Source of the DNA: Diplonema japonicum | Lineage: Eukaryota; Protista; Euglenozoa: Diplonemea | DNA length: 64,000 bases | Assembly (NCBI GenBank): GCA_964019335.1 | Contig: OZ025650.1 | Location: forward strand, 124,001 to 188,000 | Direction: 5' to 3' | Shown here: piece after piece, positions 54,914-64,000 of the stretch | How the letters are laid out: each line of letters begins with the position of its first letter | Position numbering within the stretch: the first letter of the stretch is position 1 | The notes under the pieces: generated by a model | Databases searched by the model: none | What the model was told of the DNA's origin: nothing | The model's input: only the letters and a program-made list of their open reading frames with translations | Program-made: the position numbers and the translations under genes

Positions 54914-55118
54914 TTTATTTTCTTTCTATTGCAGGTGATCTGACGATTAGATTTAAGGCTTCTTTACTGCAACAGAATAGAGGGGTTAAGGAAAGGAGTG
55001 CACTGTTTGTTTTCGAATCAAATATCTTTGATAGTTAGGGTAGGGTTTTGGGGTGAACACGAGGGGGGGGGACGATATCGCTGCTTGTGGGGCAAGTATC
55101 GAGGCACGTGCTCGTGGC

Positions 55119-57275
55119 CTATGATGAGGTAGTTAAAGAAAGATCACATACCAGCGGGTTCCCGGCAGCGTCGATGGACGTTGCACACCAGGACCCAGTC
55201 GAAGTTTGCACGCATCTACTGAACGTTTCGCCACCAACGCCGAACAAGCTGCTGCACTGCTGCATGTTAATTGTTGTGCACGGAGCGACCTCGCGCCCGG
55301 GCTGCGGAAGACACGAACCCCAGTAATTCCAGTTTGCATCCCAGTAGTTGCAGGACTCTATCCTGTAATCCGCTACATTCGTTGTTCTGTGCTTGCCTAT
55401 CAGCATCGTCCTCTCTAACCCCTCCTTGTTGAATTCATTCCAGTTATGCAATCCTTCACCGTTCGGGTTACCTGTTGCAGCAAAGTTCGTCCAATATCCT
55501 CTCAGGTGTGCTGAAATCTCTCGATTCTCCTGTGACACCTTGAGGACCTTAGGGTGTGTGAAGAGGTAACCAAGCTCGTCGCTGTGCACTGCAAAGCGTT
55601 TTGAACCAGAGAAATGCGCCAAGACTCCTTGGAATACCTTGCCACCGCGCTGAGAGATAGTCCTGGACGTGCGACGTGCAGGACATGCAAACGCAACATC
55701 TGTCTCTACTTGCACCGCTGCGTAGTACCTCCAGTTATGATGACTGTCATCATCAGCCCGTATGTACCTACTGTTGTTCAAGTAGATAGTGCGCAGCTCG
55801 TCATTGGGGTCAACGCCTGGCTGCTCATACGTCTCCGAGAGGTAGGTTTGGAACTGTGCTTCTGTGGGCTGCTTCGGGAGACTGACGGTGTCCTGGACGA
55901 AATCGTACCCGTCGTCTCTCGTGAAGAAGTTCAGCAGCGGTATCGTTCTGTCAAATTTACCCTCTTCGAGGAGCGTCCAAGGAGTTTTCTTCAAAAAATA
56001 GTTGTCGACGATCGGTGCCCACGAGCAGCCGTCCCTGCATGGGACCTCCGAGCTGGACATCCCGCTTGCACTCCCGATCCGTTCCGCAGGTGCTGCGAGC
56101 AAGCAATCCAGCACAGCAGACGAATTCCCACTACACCCCAATGCCCTCGCCAGGTACATGTACGACCTCTCAGCAGCCTGCATCGTCTGCGCCGTCCACG
56201 ACCCAAAGCTCCCGCTCTGAATCGCAGCTCGTGAGAAATACTCATCTCCAAGGTCATTGGTGACAAGGTGGACCGACACAGATCCGCCACCCGCAGATTG
56301 CCCAAACACCATCACCCTCTTTGGATCCCCTCCAAACTTCTTTATATTCTTTTGTATCCAGTCCATAACCATCTTCTGGTCAAGGATTCCATAGTTTCCC
56401 GTGCTACCAGAGTACTTGACGGGTGTGCCCTTCGTCCTATCTCTGAGTGTTTCAGAGCCTAGGAATCCCAGTGCTGCGAGTCGGTACTCTGCAGTGACAA
56501 GGATGACCTTCTCGTTACTCCCTTTGACAAGGTTCTCGCCGTTAAGGTACTCGGTGGTGGGGCCATCGGAGCCCCATGTGTAGCAGCCACCGTGTATAAA
56601 GTACATAACAGGGAGAGGCGAGGAATCAGCTGTCTGTTCCATTTTAGGGACGTAGACATTGAGGTACAAACAGTCTTCGGTCCCCTTGCCGTCTGCGTTC
56701 ATGCATTGCGGTTTGAACGAAGTCGCGTTCAAGACGCCCTCCCACCGAGAGGGGTAGTGGGGAGGCTGCCAGCGGTATTCCCCAACAGGCGGCCTTGCAT
56801 AAGGGATTCCCATGTATGTTGCTACCCCGTTAGACAGCACGCCCCTTACGGTCCCAAACATTGTGGTCACTGTCTCGTGTTCAAGTTCTTCGCCGTTGCT
56901 CGATTCATCGTCACTACTCCCACCTGAAGCAAGTACCAGGGCAGTGACGATGATGGCAACGAAGACTATACCCAATCCAAACACCACCCGCCATACACAC
57001 TTATTGCTCTTCTCTGTTTTTATCCTAGGTGCGTCCTGCAATTCCTCATCTTCTATTTTCCCGTTTCTCAACGCTTCCAGCCCTGCTTCGAGAAACGCCT
57101 CCTCCCTCTGCTTCAACCTCTCCAGCTCGTCCCTCTCAGCAATGGACAGTTCTTCATGATCCATCGCCATCAGCTCAGCGTGCCTATTCTCATCGTCCCT
57201 GGTCCATTCTGGTTCCTCTAACTCACATTCCTCGTCCTTCTCTGCACGAGGCGTGACGGCCTCGATGTCACTCAT
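55119..57275 (-). CDS. Membrane-anchored type B carboxylesterase with an FN2-like C-terminal module
   Basis: TM segment VVFGLGIVFVAIIVTALVLA. Motifs GIPYARPP, EDCLYLNVY, HGG, FGQSAG, VHSDEL. Start MSDIEA at 57275 after a polypyrimidine-AG. Confidence 0.92.
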   Translation of the reverse strand: MSDIEAVTPRAEKDEECELEEPEWTRDDENRHAELMAMDHEELSIAERDELERLKQREEAFLEAGLEALRNGKIEDEELQDAPRIKTEKSNKCVWRVVFGLGIVFVAIIVTALVLASGGSSDDESSNGEELEHETVTTMFGTVRGVLSNGVATYMGIPYARPPVGEYRWQPPHYPSRWEGVLNATSFKPQCMNADGKGTEDCLYLNVYVPKMEQTADSSPLPVMYFIHGGCYTWGSDGPTTEYLNGENLVKGSNEKVILVTAEYRLAALGFLGSETLRDRTKGTPVKYSGSTGNYGILDQKMVMDWIQKNIKKFGGDPKRVMVFGQSAGGGSVSVHLVTNDLGDEYFSRAAIQSGSFGSWTAQTMQAAERSYMYLARALGCSGNSSAVLDCLLAAPAERIGSASGMSSSEVPCRDGCSWAPIVDNYFLKKTPWTLLEEGKFDRTIPLLNFFTRDDGYDFVQDTVSLPKQPTEAQFQTYLSETYEQPGVDPNDELRTIYLNNSRYIRADDDSHHNWRYYAAVQVETDVAFACPARRTSRTISQRGGKVFQGVLAHFSGSKRFAVHSDELGYLFTHPKVLKVSQENREISAHLRGYWTNFAATGNPNGEGLHNWNEFNKEGLERTMLIGKHRTTNVADYRIESCNYWDANWNYWGSCLPQPGREVAPCTTINMQQCSSLFGVGGETFSRCVQTSTGSWCATSIDAAGNPLVCDLSLTTSS

Positions 57276-57346
57276 TGAGGGGGGCAACTGTGTTGTGATC
57301 TCTAAAACACAAAAAAAACAAAGGGAACTATGGTATGCTATACAGT
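57276..57346 (-). promoter_or_regulatory. Probable trans-splice acceptor (polypyrimidine tract plus AG) in a 71-bp spacer
   Basis: TTCCCTTTGTTTTTTTTGTGTTTTAG shortly upstream of the esterase ATG. Confidence 0.55.
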
Positions 57347-58657
57347 TCACCCGGAGGGTGCAATAGAGGGCTGACGAGAATGAGCCACGGAAGGAGCTCG
57401 TGAGGCAACGGAAGGATGCTTTGATTGGGCAACCGAGTGCCTTGAAGCATTGGAAGGCTGCCTAGAAGAAACAACAGATTGCTTAGGGACAGCAAGGGAC
57501 TCTTGCCTTGACTGCGCAATGGATTGCCTGCCTGCTACAGACATACGTTGTGTGGACTCGAAAGGGTCTTCAGCGGCTCCTTCTGAGGCGCTTCCACTTC
57601 CACCACTCGCATCGTCATCTTCAACTTTTTCCTCGTTGTTGATGGTCTCCTCCGCCTCTTTCGCATACGTCAGCTTCTTGATCTCAGACGTGTTCGCTGC
57701 GTAGGCGTCAAGCATGGCGTTGCGCTCCCTCTCCCACTGTTCCTCGCGTGCACTTCTCTCGCATTCTACAGCGTGCAGCAGTTGCATCTCCCTCTCCTGT
57801 TCCTTCCTCCTTTCCTTCTCCCATTCTTCGCGAAGCATGTTCCTCTCTCTCTCCCATTCCCACTCTTTTTGCTTCACGTTCAAGTACCTTTGCTCTTTCT
57901 CCCTTTCCCATTCCCTCACGATCGCTCTCATCTTATCCCTTTCCATCTCGAGCTCTCTTTCCCAGTCTGCCTCCCGCTCTCTTTCTTGCTCCCTCATCCT
58001 CTCTTTTTCGTCGATCCACTGGCGGCGCAGTTCCTCTTTTAACGATTCATACGAACGTTCGCGTTCCCTGTTGTTCTCTTCTTCTTGCATGTTGAGGTAC
58101 TCCCAGTCGCGCTCTCTCATGAGTTCCGTTTCGCGCTCCCTGACACGATCCTTCTGCCGTTCGTTGCGCATCCACAGTTCGTTCTCCCATTCCTTCTCTC
58201 TGATGCGCTGTCTGTCCCACTGAGCGGAGCGGTTGCTAGTGTGCCATACAGACCGTGTTGCATCAAGAGTGAGGAGGTCCTTCTGCATGGTGTGCGTACG
58301 TGCCTCGTTCAGCAGCAGGTCATCGTAAACCATGCGGCGGAAGGCGGCTGTCGTGTCCCTATTGAAATATCCGCCCACGAACTTTTCATGCCTAGGGGCT
58401 GCAGTGTGCGCGTGGATGTTGTTGTCCTCTGTGTAAGGCGTCCCACCATCCAAAAGGTACGAACCAAGCGAACCCTGTGCAGACTTCACGTCACGAGCGT
58501 AGCTCCTTGCATCTTCGCTTTGAAGGTTCGATGTCATCTTGCAACCTTCGTCTTTCTTCTTCGCGCATTTCATTTTCGGGACTTCAAGAAGCCCTTTGTC
58601 GCCAAACTTGTCAAGGAACCCCCTACTGTGAGCGGCCATGCCAGAAGGCATCGTCAT
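57347..58657 (-). CDS. E/R/W-rich charged-helix protein with C-terminal RxxS repeats
   Basis: 436-aa ORF with WERE/WEKE repeats and a tail of SRQPSxA-like units. Confidence 0.78.
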   Translation of the reverse strand: MTMPSGMAAHSRGFLDKFGDKGLLEVPKMKCAKKKDEGCKMTSNLQSEDARSYARDVKSAQGSLGSYLLDGGTPYTEDNNIHAHTAAPRHEKFVGGYFNRDTTAAFRRMVYDDLLLNEARTHTMQKDLLTLDATRSVWHTSNRSAQWDRQRIREKEWENELWMRNERQKDRVRERETELMRERDWEYLNMQEEENNRERERSYESLKEELRRQWIDEKERMREQEREREADWERELEMERDKMRAIVREWEREKEQRYLNVKQKEWEWERERNMLREEWEKERRKEQEREMQLLHAVECERSAREEQWERERNAMLDAYAANTSEIKKLTYAKEAEETINNEEKVEDDDASGGSGSASEGAAEDPFESTQRMSVAGRQSIAQSRQESLAVPKQSVVSSRQPSNASRHSVAQSKHPSVASRAPSVAHSRQPSIAPSG

Positions 58658-58802
58658 CTTGAGGTCCTCCTACATAAAAATGGAGTGGCGGCGCGGTTCA
58701 GAGCGAATATTTCATTTTCCTTTCGCAAGTACACCCACAACCCAATAAGTTACATGCCGAGATATTAATCTTGTAAAAAAAATGTGTCGTAGCAAAATCT
58801 TG

Positions 58803-60996
58803 CTACCGCTTCTTCGCCTTGTCCGGGCGCGTTTTGACCTTCTTGAGATCGGTGCCGCTTTGGAGGAGCTTGACGATCTCCTTGACTTGCGTCAAATGCT
58901 GCTTGAGCTCTGGGTACTCTGCGACAGCCTTCGGGTTCGTTTCTATAAAGCGCACAACGCCCTGTGTGAGCCGGTGATAGTTCTTGTTAGGAAAGAGGTA
59001 ATACCTTGTACTTCGCAACAATGTCCTTCATATCTGTTGTTCCCAGCTTAGCCAATACTTGAGCGTGCCGCATTTCGCCTATCACGTATGCAGGTGCATC
59101 CGATCTGTCAGTTGTGTCATTGAGTCAAGTTTCATACCCCTCAAGCTTCAAGAAGGCTGACCTCTTCGTTGGGTCTGACGTTGCCTTCTGCACTTCTCTG
59201 AACTCCTTTAAAAACCTCTCGGAAAACTTTTCGAAATGCTCCGCAGCCTTCTGGTAGTACGGTTGAGACTTCTCTGCATCCATTCCTTGCGACACGATGA
59301 GCTCGGCAATCTCTTGGCTGATGCACCCGATACCGTAGTGCACCTGGCGGAGAACATTCCTGAACACCAGTTCGTCGAAGCCGTCGTTGAGAAGGACTTG
59401 CAGCAGGTTGAGCCTCTCGTAGCACAGATCCAGTCGTGCGGAGGCGGAGTCGCTGGTGATGCTGATGAAATGCTGGTAGCAACCGATCAGCTGCTGCAGC
59501 TCCAAATGCACCAAGCAATGCCTCTCGCAATCTGTGTCGATGGTGTACTCTGCCATGACCCCTCTGTATAGCTTCGACCCTGTTTCATACAGTTCGATCA
59601 CCACACTCGAATTTCCTACCATCTCCATCTTAGGGGGAGGGATGGGGAGCTTAAAAGACAGTCTCTCGGCAGCTTTCTTGGCGTGCGCAGGGTCTTTTAA
59701 CAAGGCCTCCTCTTCCGGTGGGAGCACCGTGTTCTTATTATCAACCAAGTTGATGATCACACCATCAAGGTTCCCAGGGCGGGAGTCGTTCGAAAGTTCG
59801 TCTGCCTCGGCTTGGAGCAGCAGGAGCAGGTTGAAGCAGTACCTTGCGTACGCAAAGTCGTGTTGCGCATCTAGATCCTGACTCACGCCTCGAGTGTTCA
59901 GTAGCTTGACTGCTTCTAAACAATGCTCGGCGTGCGAAAAATCTTTCACCATTGTGTAATACTCGGCTAGATTAATACAGTTCGCGACCCACTCAGAAGT
60001 GATGTTAGTTGCCCTGTCATCACCCTCCAGTTGTCTCTGGAGTGCCAGGTGGCAGTAGTGGCCTGAGAGGACAGTGTCGCCGTTATTTTTATGCAACTGT
60101 GCCAGACAGCTGCAGGTTTGAGTGAATCGCCTTTCCAGCTGCCCTGCACGAGGTGACCCCTCATCCTTGGACGAGACAGGCAGTGAGGAAGAGTCTGCCG
60201 TTGTACTCATGGAGGGTTTCTCTTGTTGCTCTGCTGCGGTATCTTCGATACCAGTCCCGCTTTTCTTCTTCCTTCGCGCAGCAAGCTTCTGAGCAAACGC
60301 GCTTTGCTGCTCGCCTTTTTCTTGTTCGCGAATCTGAAGGGAGTCCGACGCACGCTTCGACGACTCATTCAGCAGTTCTTGTATCTGGTCGGTCTCCGAA
60401 TCTTTCTTATCGCTTCTGTTGGTTTTCCAGTGGTTGTACACATTCTCTGATTCCTCGAAACACAGAAATGAATAGTTCAGCTCGCCCCAACCCGACCAAA
60501 ACGACCCCATCGTGTTGAAGCACTCCACCATCAGATCTATGTTTTCAAACGATACACTTCCTTTGTACTCGATATCGGTAAAGGAAGGCTTGGTTGCAGT
60601 TTGTCTCTTGTCCTCCAATACAAAGTCAGCGGAGCACAGCGTGGCGCCCACCCTGATCCCGGCAAGGCATGCTTTAATCACTTCTAGCGCCTTGTACCCG
60701 TCTAAAGCAGCGCTCTCTCTGCTGTGGTAACCTGCCAAGAGTAGCGTGGTTTGCAAAGCAAGGCGCTGTGCATGCTTACGCACTTCGCTGCATGACCCGT
60801 CGATCTTTGCAACTATCCTCCTGCGCACCTCTAACACCTCCTTAATGGCATCCATGATATACTGGTTCACATTCATCCTGCCCTCTACCTTCTTCTCCAC
60901 CAGCATTGTCGTGTGAACCACCATGTCCTGGTGCATTTTGTCAAGCTCTGCAATCTCCTCTTCAGGATCCTTGTTGAGAAGGCCACCCCACGACAT
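58803..60996 (-). CDS. KIFBP: KIF-binding protein (KBP); exons 60996-59138, 59104-59005, 58961-58803
   Basis: TQTCSCLAQLH...HYCHLALQRQL...EWVANCINLAEYY. Splicing the 33-nt and 43-nt introns joins the separate 58803 ORF to give KYKGVVRFIETNP...QVKEIVKLL, like the KBP C-terminus. Confidence 0.85.
58962..59004 (-). other. 43-nt GT-AG intron
   Basis: AAG|GTATTACCTCTTTCCTAACAAGAACTATCACCGGCTCACACAG|GGC. Confidence 0.8.
59105..59137 (-). other. 33-nt GT-AG intron containing an in-frame TGA
   Basis: GG|GTATGAAACTTGACTCAATGACACAACTGACAG|A. Confidence 0.85.
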
Positions 60997-61195
60997 GTTA
61001 CCAAGTTGGTAGGTACCTGCAGAGGTGTAATATGCTGCACTACACGAGTTCAGTTCGTATTCAAAAAAAAAAAAGAGGAATGAGAACCTCGAAGCATTCT
61101 GCTCCGAGGGTCGTACTAAACAAAAAAAGGATGTAAGAGATAAAAGACGCCAGTGTTGGTGGCGCCCTGTAAGAAAACCGAGATACAATGGCTAC

Positions 61196-62583
61196 TTACT
61201 TCGGTGTTGGCGAAGCGGGTGCGAATATTTGGATGTGTTTATGGAGACAGACGATGTCGAGGTATTCAGAGAAGGTGATCATTTCGCCGTCAATACTGCA
61301 AATGTTAGGGGTGTTTGGCTTGCCTGTCTCGAGGCGGATGTGCGCGGCTTGCGACATGTGAATTGCGGCGTTAGTCCGGTGGGTGCCAAGCGGCAGCTCG
61401 TTGAATACTCGCAGCTTGTCACCTCTGGAGAGGGACGTGGCGGGAAGGAAACAAAGATCGGCTAGAGAGTCGTCTAAGTACGCGTCCGGCGTAGCTCGCA
61501 ACCCCTTGCCGAAGTACTGAGTGTTGTTGACGAACAGCGTCGTGAAGCTGGTAACAGGGATCACGTAGTTGTCGGCTGTGACCTTTGCGGTGTATGTCTG
61601 CTCCTTCATGACACCCCACACTGCCATTAGGTCGTACCGCAGCGCACCGAACAAGGTTCTCATCCACCCACGCTCACTCGCAATGCCAACGTCACCCACA
61701 AGACCCCAGAAAACACCATTCAGAGAATAAGAGTCAAGGAGCTTCCCGTCAGTAACCCTCAACACATCCATCCACGCGACCGCTCCGTTGGCGATCCGTT
61801 CTGCAGCCACTGTTGCGCTCCATGTTCCCAAGTCGCACATAACAGAGTTCCCCGTTCCGGCGGGGATGAAGCCCATGGGGATTTGCTTTCCGTCGACTCG
61901 CTTCAACATCCCATTCACCATCTCATGGATGGACCCATCCCCGCCCATCACGCACATTGCGTCGTACCCCTCAAGAGGAAGTGTTTGGGCGTACTCCACA
62001 GGGTGCCCCGAGTGTGTAGTCTCCTTGACATCTACCTCCACACCTGCCTCCTTCAGCACTGGTAGCACTTCCGCCTCTAACAGCCCCTTTGCCTTTCCAC
62101 CCCCTCCGTGAGGGTTCACTATCATATACACCTTCTTCACAGTGATCTTCTGCCCTTGACGATCGCCCTGTGTGTTGGAGTATTTTCTTTTTATTGAAAC
62201 AGTTTCAATACCTCCCACACCCGTTTGAACGGGGAATGCTTGTCGGGTGGTACACCCGATATGACGGCACCCGCGCACACAGGTGACAAGGCATGGCAGA
62301 ACCACAACGCGCCTGCCACAAAGAGGATGATAGCTACGGCCAGCATTGCAGTATACGAGTATACAACGTAACATATCAAAAGGACCACAGGCGTCACAAT
62401 GAACAGCATGCAGCATGATAATGCGACGCCATTGAAGCCCGCCGCCCCTTGACACAAACCTGGAACGAGATTGATTCGCTCTCCGGGGTCATCGCTGAAT
62501 TCTAGTGTTAGGTGCCCGCTTCGCTCTGACTGAAGGGCTGTGCTGGCCGGTTGGGGTGGCGGTGCCGGCGCTATCGTTGCCAT
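61196..62583 (-). CDS. DAG-kinase/sphingosine-kinase family lipid kinase with N-terminal TM segments; intron 62168-62211
   Basis: IVNPHGGGG, MGGDGSIHEMVNG, IPAGTGN, FGKG, CSIDGE. A 44-nt intron joins the MATIAP TM exon in frame. A possible extra intron 61167-61199 would extend the CDS to 61061. Confidence 0.88.
62168..62211 (-). other. 44-nt GT-AG intron with a 5' palindrome
   Basis: GAG|GTATTGAAACTGTTTCAATAAAAAGAAAATACTCCAACACACAG|GGC. Confidence 0.88.
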
Positions 62584-62691
62584 GCAACCCTGTAGAGACT
62601 TACCCTGGGACAAGCAAGGTTTAAAAAAAAAAAAAAAGGAGATAAACAACTAATACTGTTATTTTCACATTAAGGTGTAAATGAAACCCAT

Positions 62692-63999
62692 TCAGCATCG
62701 GTTTACCAGTTCGTTGTGGTAATGCTCCTCGGGGTGCAGGTAGGACTGAATCATGGACGGCGTGCCCTCTATCCGCAATGCTTGGTTCAAACGCTTCGCG
62801 AGTTTCAGCGACTCGTTAGAAGGGGGGAGAGTGTCGCTAACAGGAAGCTTGGGTGGGTCAGTGGTGTAGTTGAGGTCGTGCAGCACCTCGACGAGCAGGC
62901 GTAGGGGGGTGGTGTCCAAGAAAGAAACAGACAAGGTATTCTGGTATGCCTCAAGGGTGCCTTGTCGTTGTTTGAAGACACCCACACGTGTCGCATGATG
63001 CTCCAGGTCGTAGACGTGGCCGTCGCTGATGTCCTTCTGCACTTCAAGGAAGACTTGTTCCGCCTCCTCTCGCAGCTTGTTGCATTCTCCTTTCAGCTGT
63101 GCAAGAACGTCTTGCACGTCTCCCACCACTCTCTCTTTGAACTCTTTAATGGCGTCTTTCAGCCTGTCTAATGCTTCCAGTAACACCGACCCATAAGCTG
63201 TGAGCCCTTTTTTGTCGATCAGTTCCTGCTCACAATGCGGCCCACCACCCCACAGGCACAGCATCGCCAGTTCCTGTGTCTCATGCTTTTGCATCTCCCA
63301 CCTCTTCTCTACTTCCAAACCCCTGCCTACGTAGCCCACATATTTTTCTAAATCCTTCTCGTTCCTTGTCAGAACTGTGATCTCTGCCTCGATCACAACT
63401 ACGTGTTTCTTAAAGCTCTTCGTCAGCTCCACTTCATCGACCTTCTTTGCGGGGTGCTGCAATGTGATGGCCTTCCATTCCTCTTCAGGTATGTGTCCCT
63501 TTTGGAACAACCCGTAACACCTACACAGCGCATCAACCCTGCTCCCCAGGTGTCCTACTATGGAACACGTTACATTGTGCGCGATGGTGACTGCATCCAG
63601 CCTGTGCGACTGTGGGGTCGTGCGCAAGTTAACTGCCATCGACGTGGTGGAGAGGGACTTGTCGGTGTGTAAGGCTGCTGCCGTGAGGGCTTGAATAGCT
63701 TCTTCTAGCTTCTCAGGGGACCCCGCATAGGTAGGAGGACGCACTAAATGGGACCTCAAGGCTGTTTTCAAAGTGGATCGAAAGACGCTACAAGGGGACC
63801 TCCCCAACACTTCCTCATACATCATGTACAGGGTGAAGATCCGCACCGCGACAGGGAAGTGGTATGTCCTGCGCAACTTTATGGACTCTGATTTTGTCTT
63901 CAGCTTTTGCAAGTTCTCTCTCCTGTGCTGCAGAACAGTTCGCACGGACACTGCTGCAGGTTCATGCTCTTCTGAAAGTAATTTGAGAAGTTTGCAGAA
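62692..63999 (-). CDS. 3' part of a large helical protein entering from beyond the window
   Basis: Frame open from 63999. Helical/coiled-coil composition. Possible terminal intron 62656-62706 would give ...NELY* ending at 62650. Confidence 0.72.
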   Translation of the reverse strand, partial: FCKLLKLLSEEHEPAAVSVRTVLQHRRENLQKLKTKSESIKLRRTYHFPVAVRIFTLYMMYEEVLGRSPCSVFRSTLKTALRSHLVRPPTYAGSPEKLEEAIQALTAAALHTDKSLSTTSMAVNLRTTPQSHRLDAVTIAHNVTCSIVGHLGSRVDALCRCYGLFQKGHIPEEEWKAITLQHPAKKVDEVELTKSFKKHVVVIEAEITVLTRNEKDLEKYVGYVGRGLEVEKRWEMQKHETQELAMLCLWGGGPHCEQELIDKKGLTAYGSVLLEALDRLKDAIKEFKERVVGDVQDVLAQLKGECNKLREEAEQVFLEVQKDISDGHVYDLEHHATRVGVFKQRQGTLEAYQNTLSVSFLDTTPLRLLVEVLHDLNYTTDPPKLPVSDTLPPSNESLKLAKRLNQALRIEGTPSMIQSYLHPEEHYHNELVNRC

Positions 64000-64000
64000 A

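Noticed and set aside
57276-57350. Fusion of the 57347 ORF with the carboxylesterase by splicing
   Set aside because: The good acceptors are out of phase with the donor, and the spacer looks like a trans-splice site
58983-59004. Ultra-short 22-nt intron ending CTAACAAG
   Set aside because: The 43-nt variant ending CACACAG fits the local consensus and the KBP-like spacing better
59105-59137. TGA readthrough or selenocysteine in KBP (the frame continues after TGA)
   Set aside because: A canonical 33-nt GTATG..ACAG intron explains it, and TGA is used as a normal stop in many genes here
62590-62603. GTAAGTCTCTACAG as a 14-nt intron in a 5' leader
   Set aside because: Far below the other intron sizes, and more likely a plain acceptor with a chance donor

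Overview
Eukaryotic nuclear DNA, most likely a euglenozoan and probably a diplonemid (inferred from gene content and layout, not from a database search). About 30 protein genes all lie on the minus strand in one co-oriented, polycistron-like array. Several spacers are only 48-99 bp, while three long spacers are dominated by A/T/G/C homopolymers. Recognisable genes: RAD54B-like helicase, two kinases, ankyrin protein, RRM protein, bacterial-type GHMP-like kinase, KEA/TMCO3 antiporter, SIS-only KdsD/KpsF-like isomerase, giant SHIPPO-repeat protein, prefoldin 6, PH and CCCH proteins, PTC7 phosphatase, class I fumarase, carboxylesterase, KIF-binding protein and a DAG/sphingosine kinase. The ORF track misses about 15 candidate miniature GT-AG introns (31-60 nt). 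Many carry a poly(A) or purine tract where a polypyrimidine tract would be expected. Removing them restores conserved motifs and reveals a hidden small gene. A ~1 kb element with interleaved inverted and direct repeats carries a plus-strand ORF resembling a tyrosine-recombinase N-terminus. Other oddities are two fold-back/MITE-like islands and a kinase with a CAP-Gly domain inserted inside its catalytic domain.
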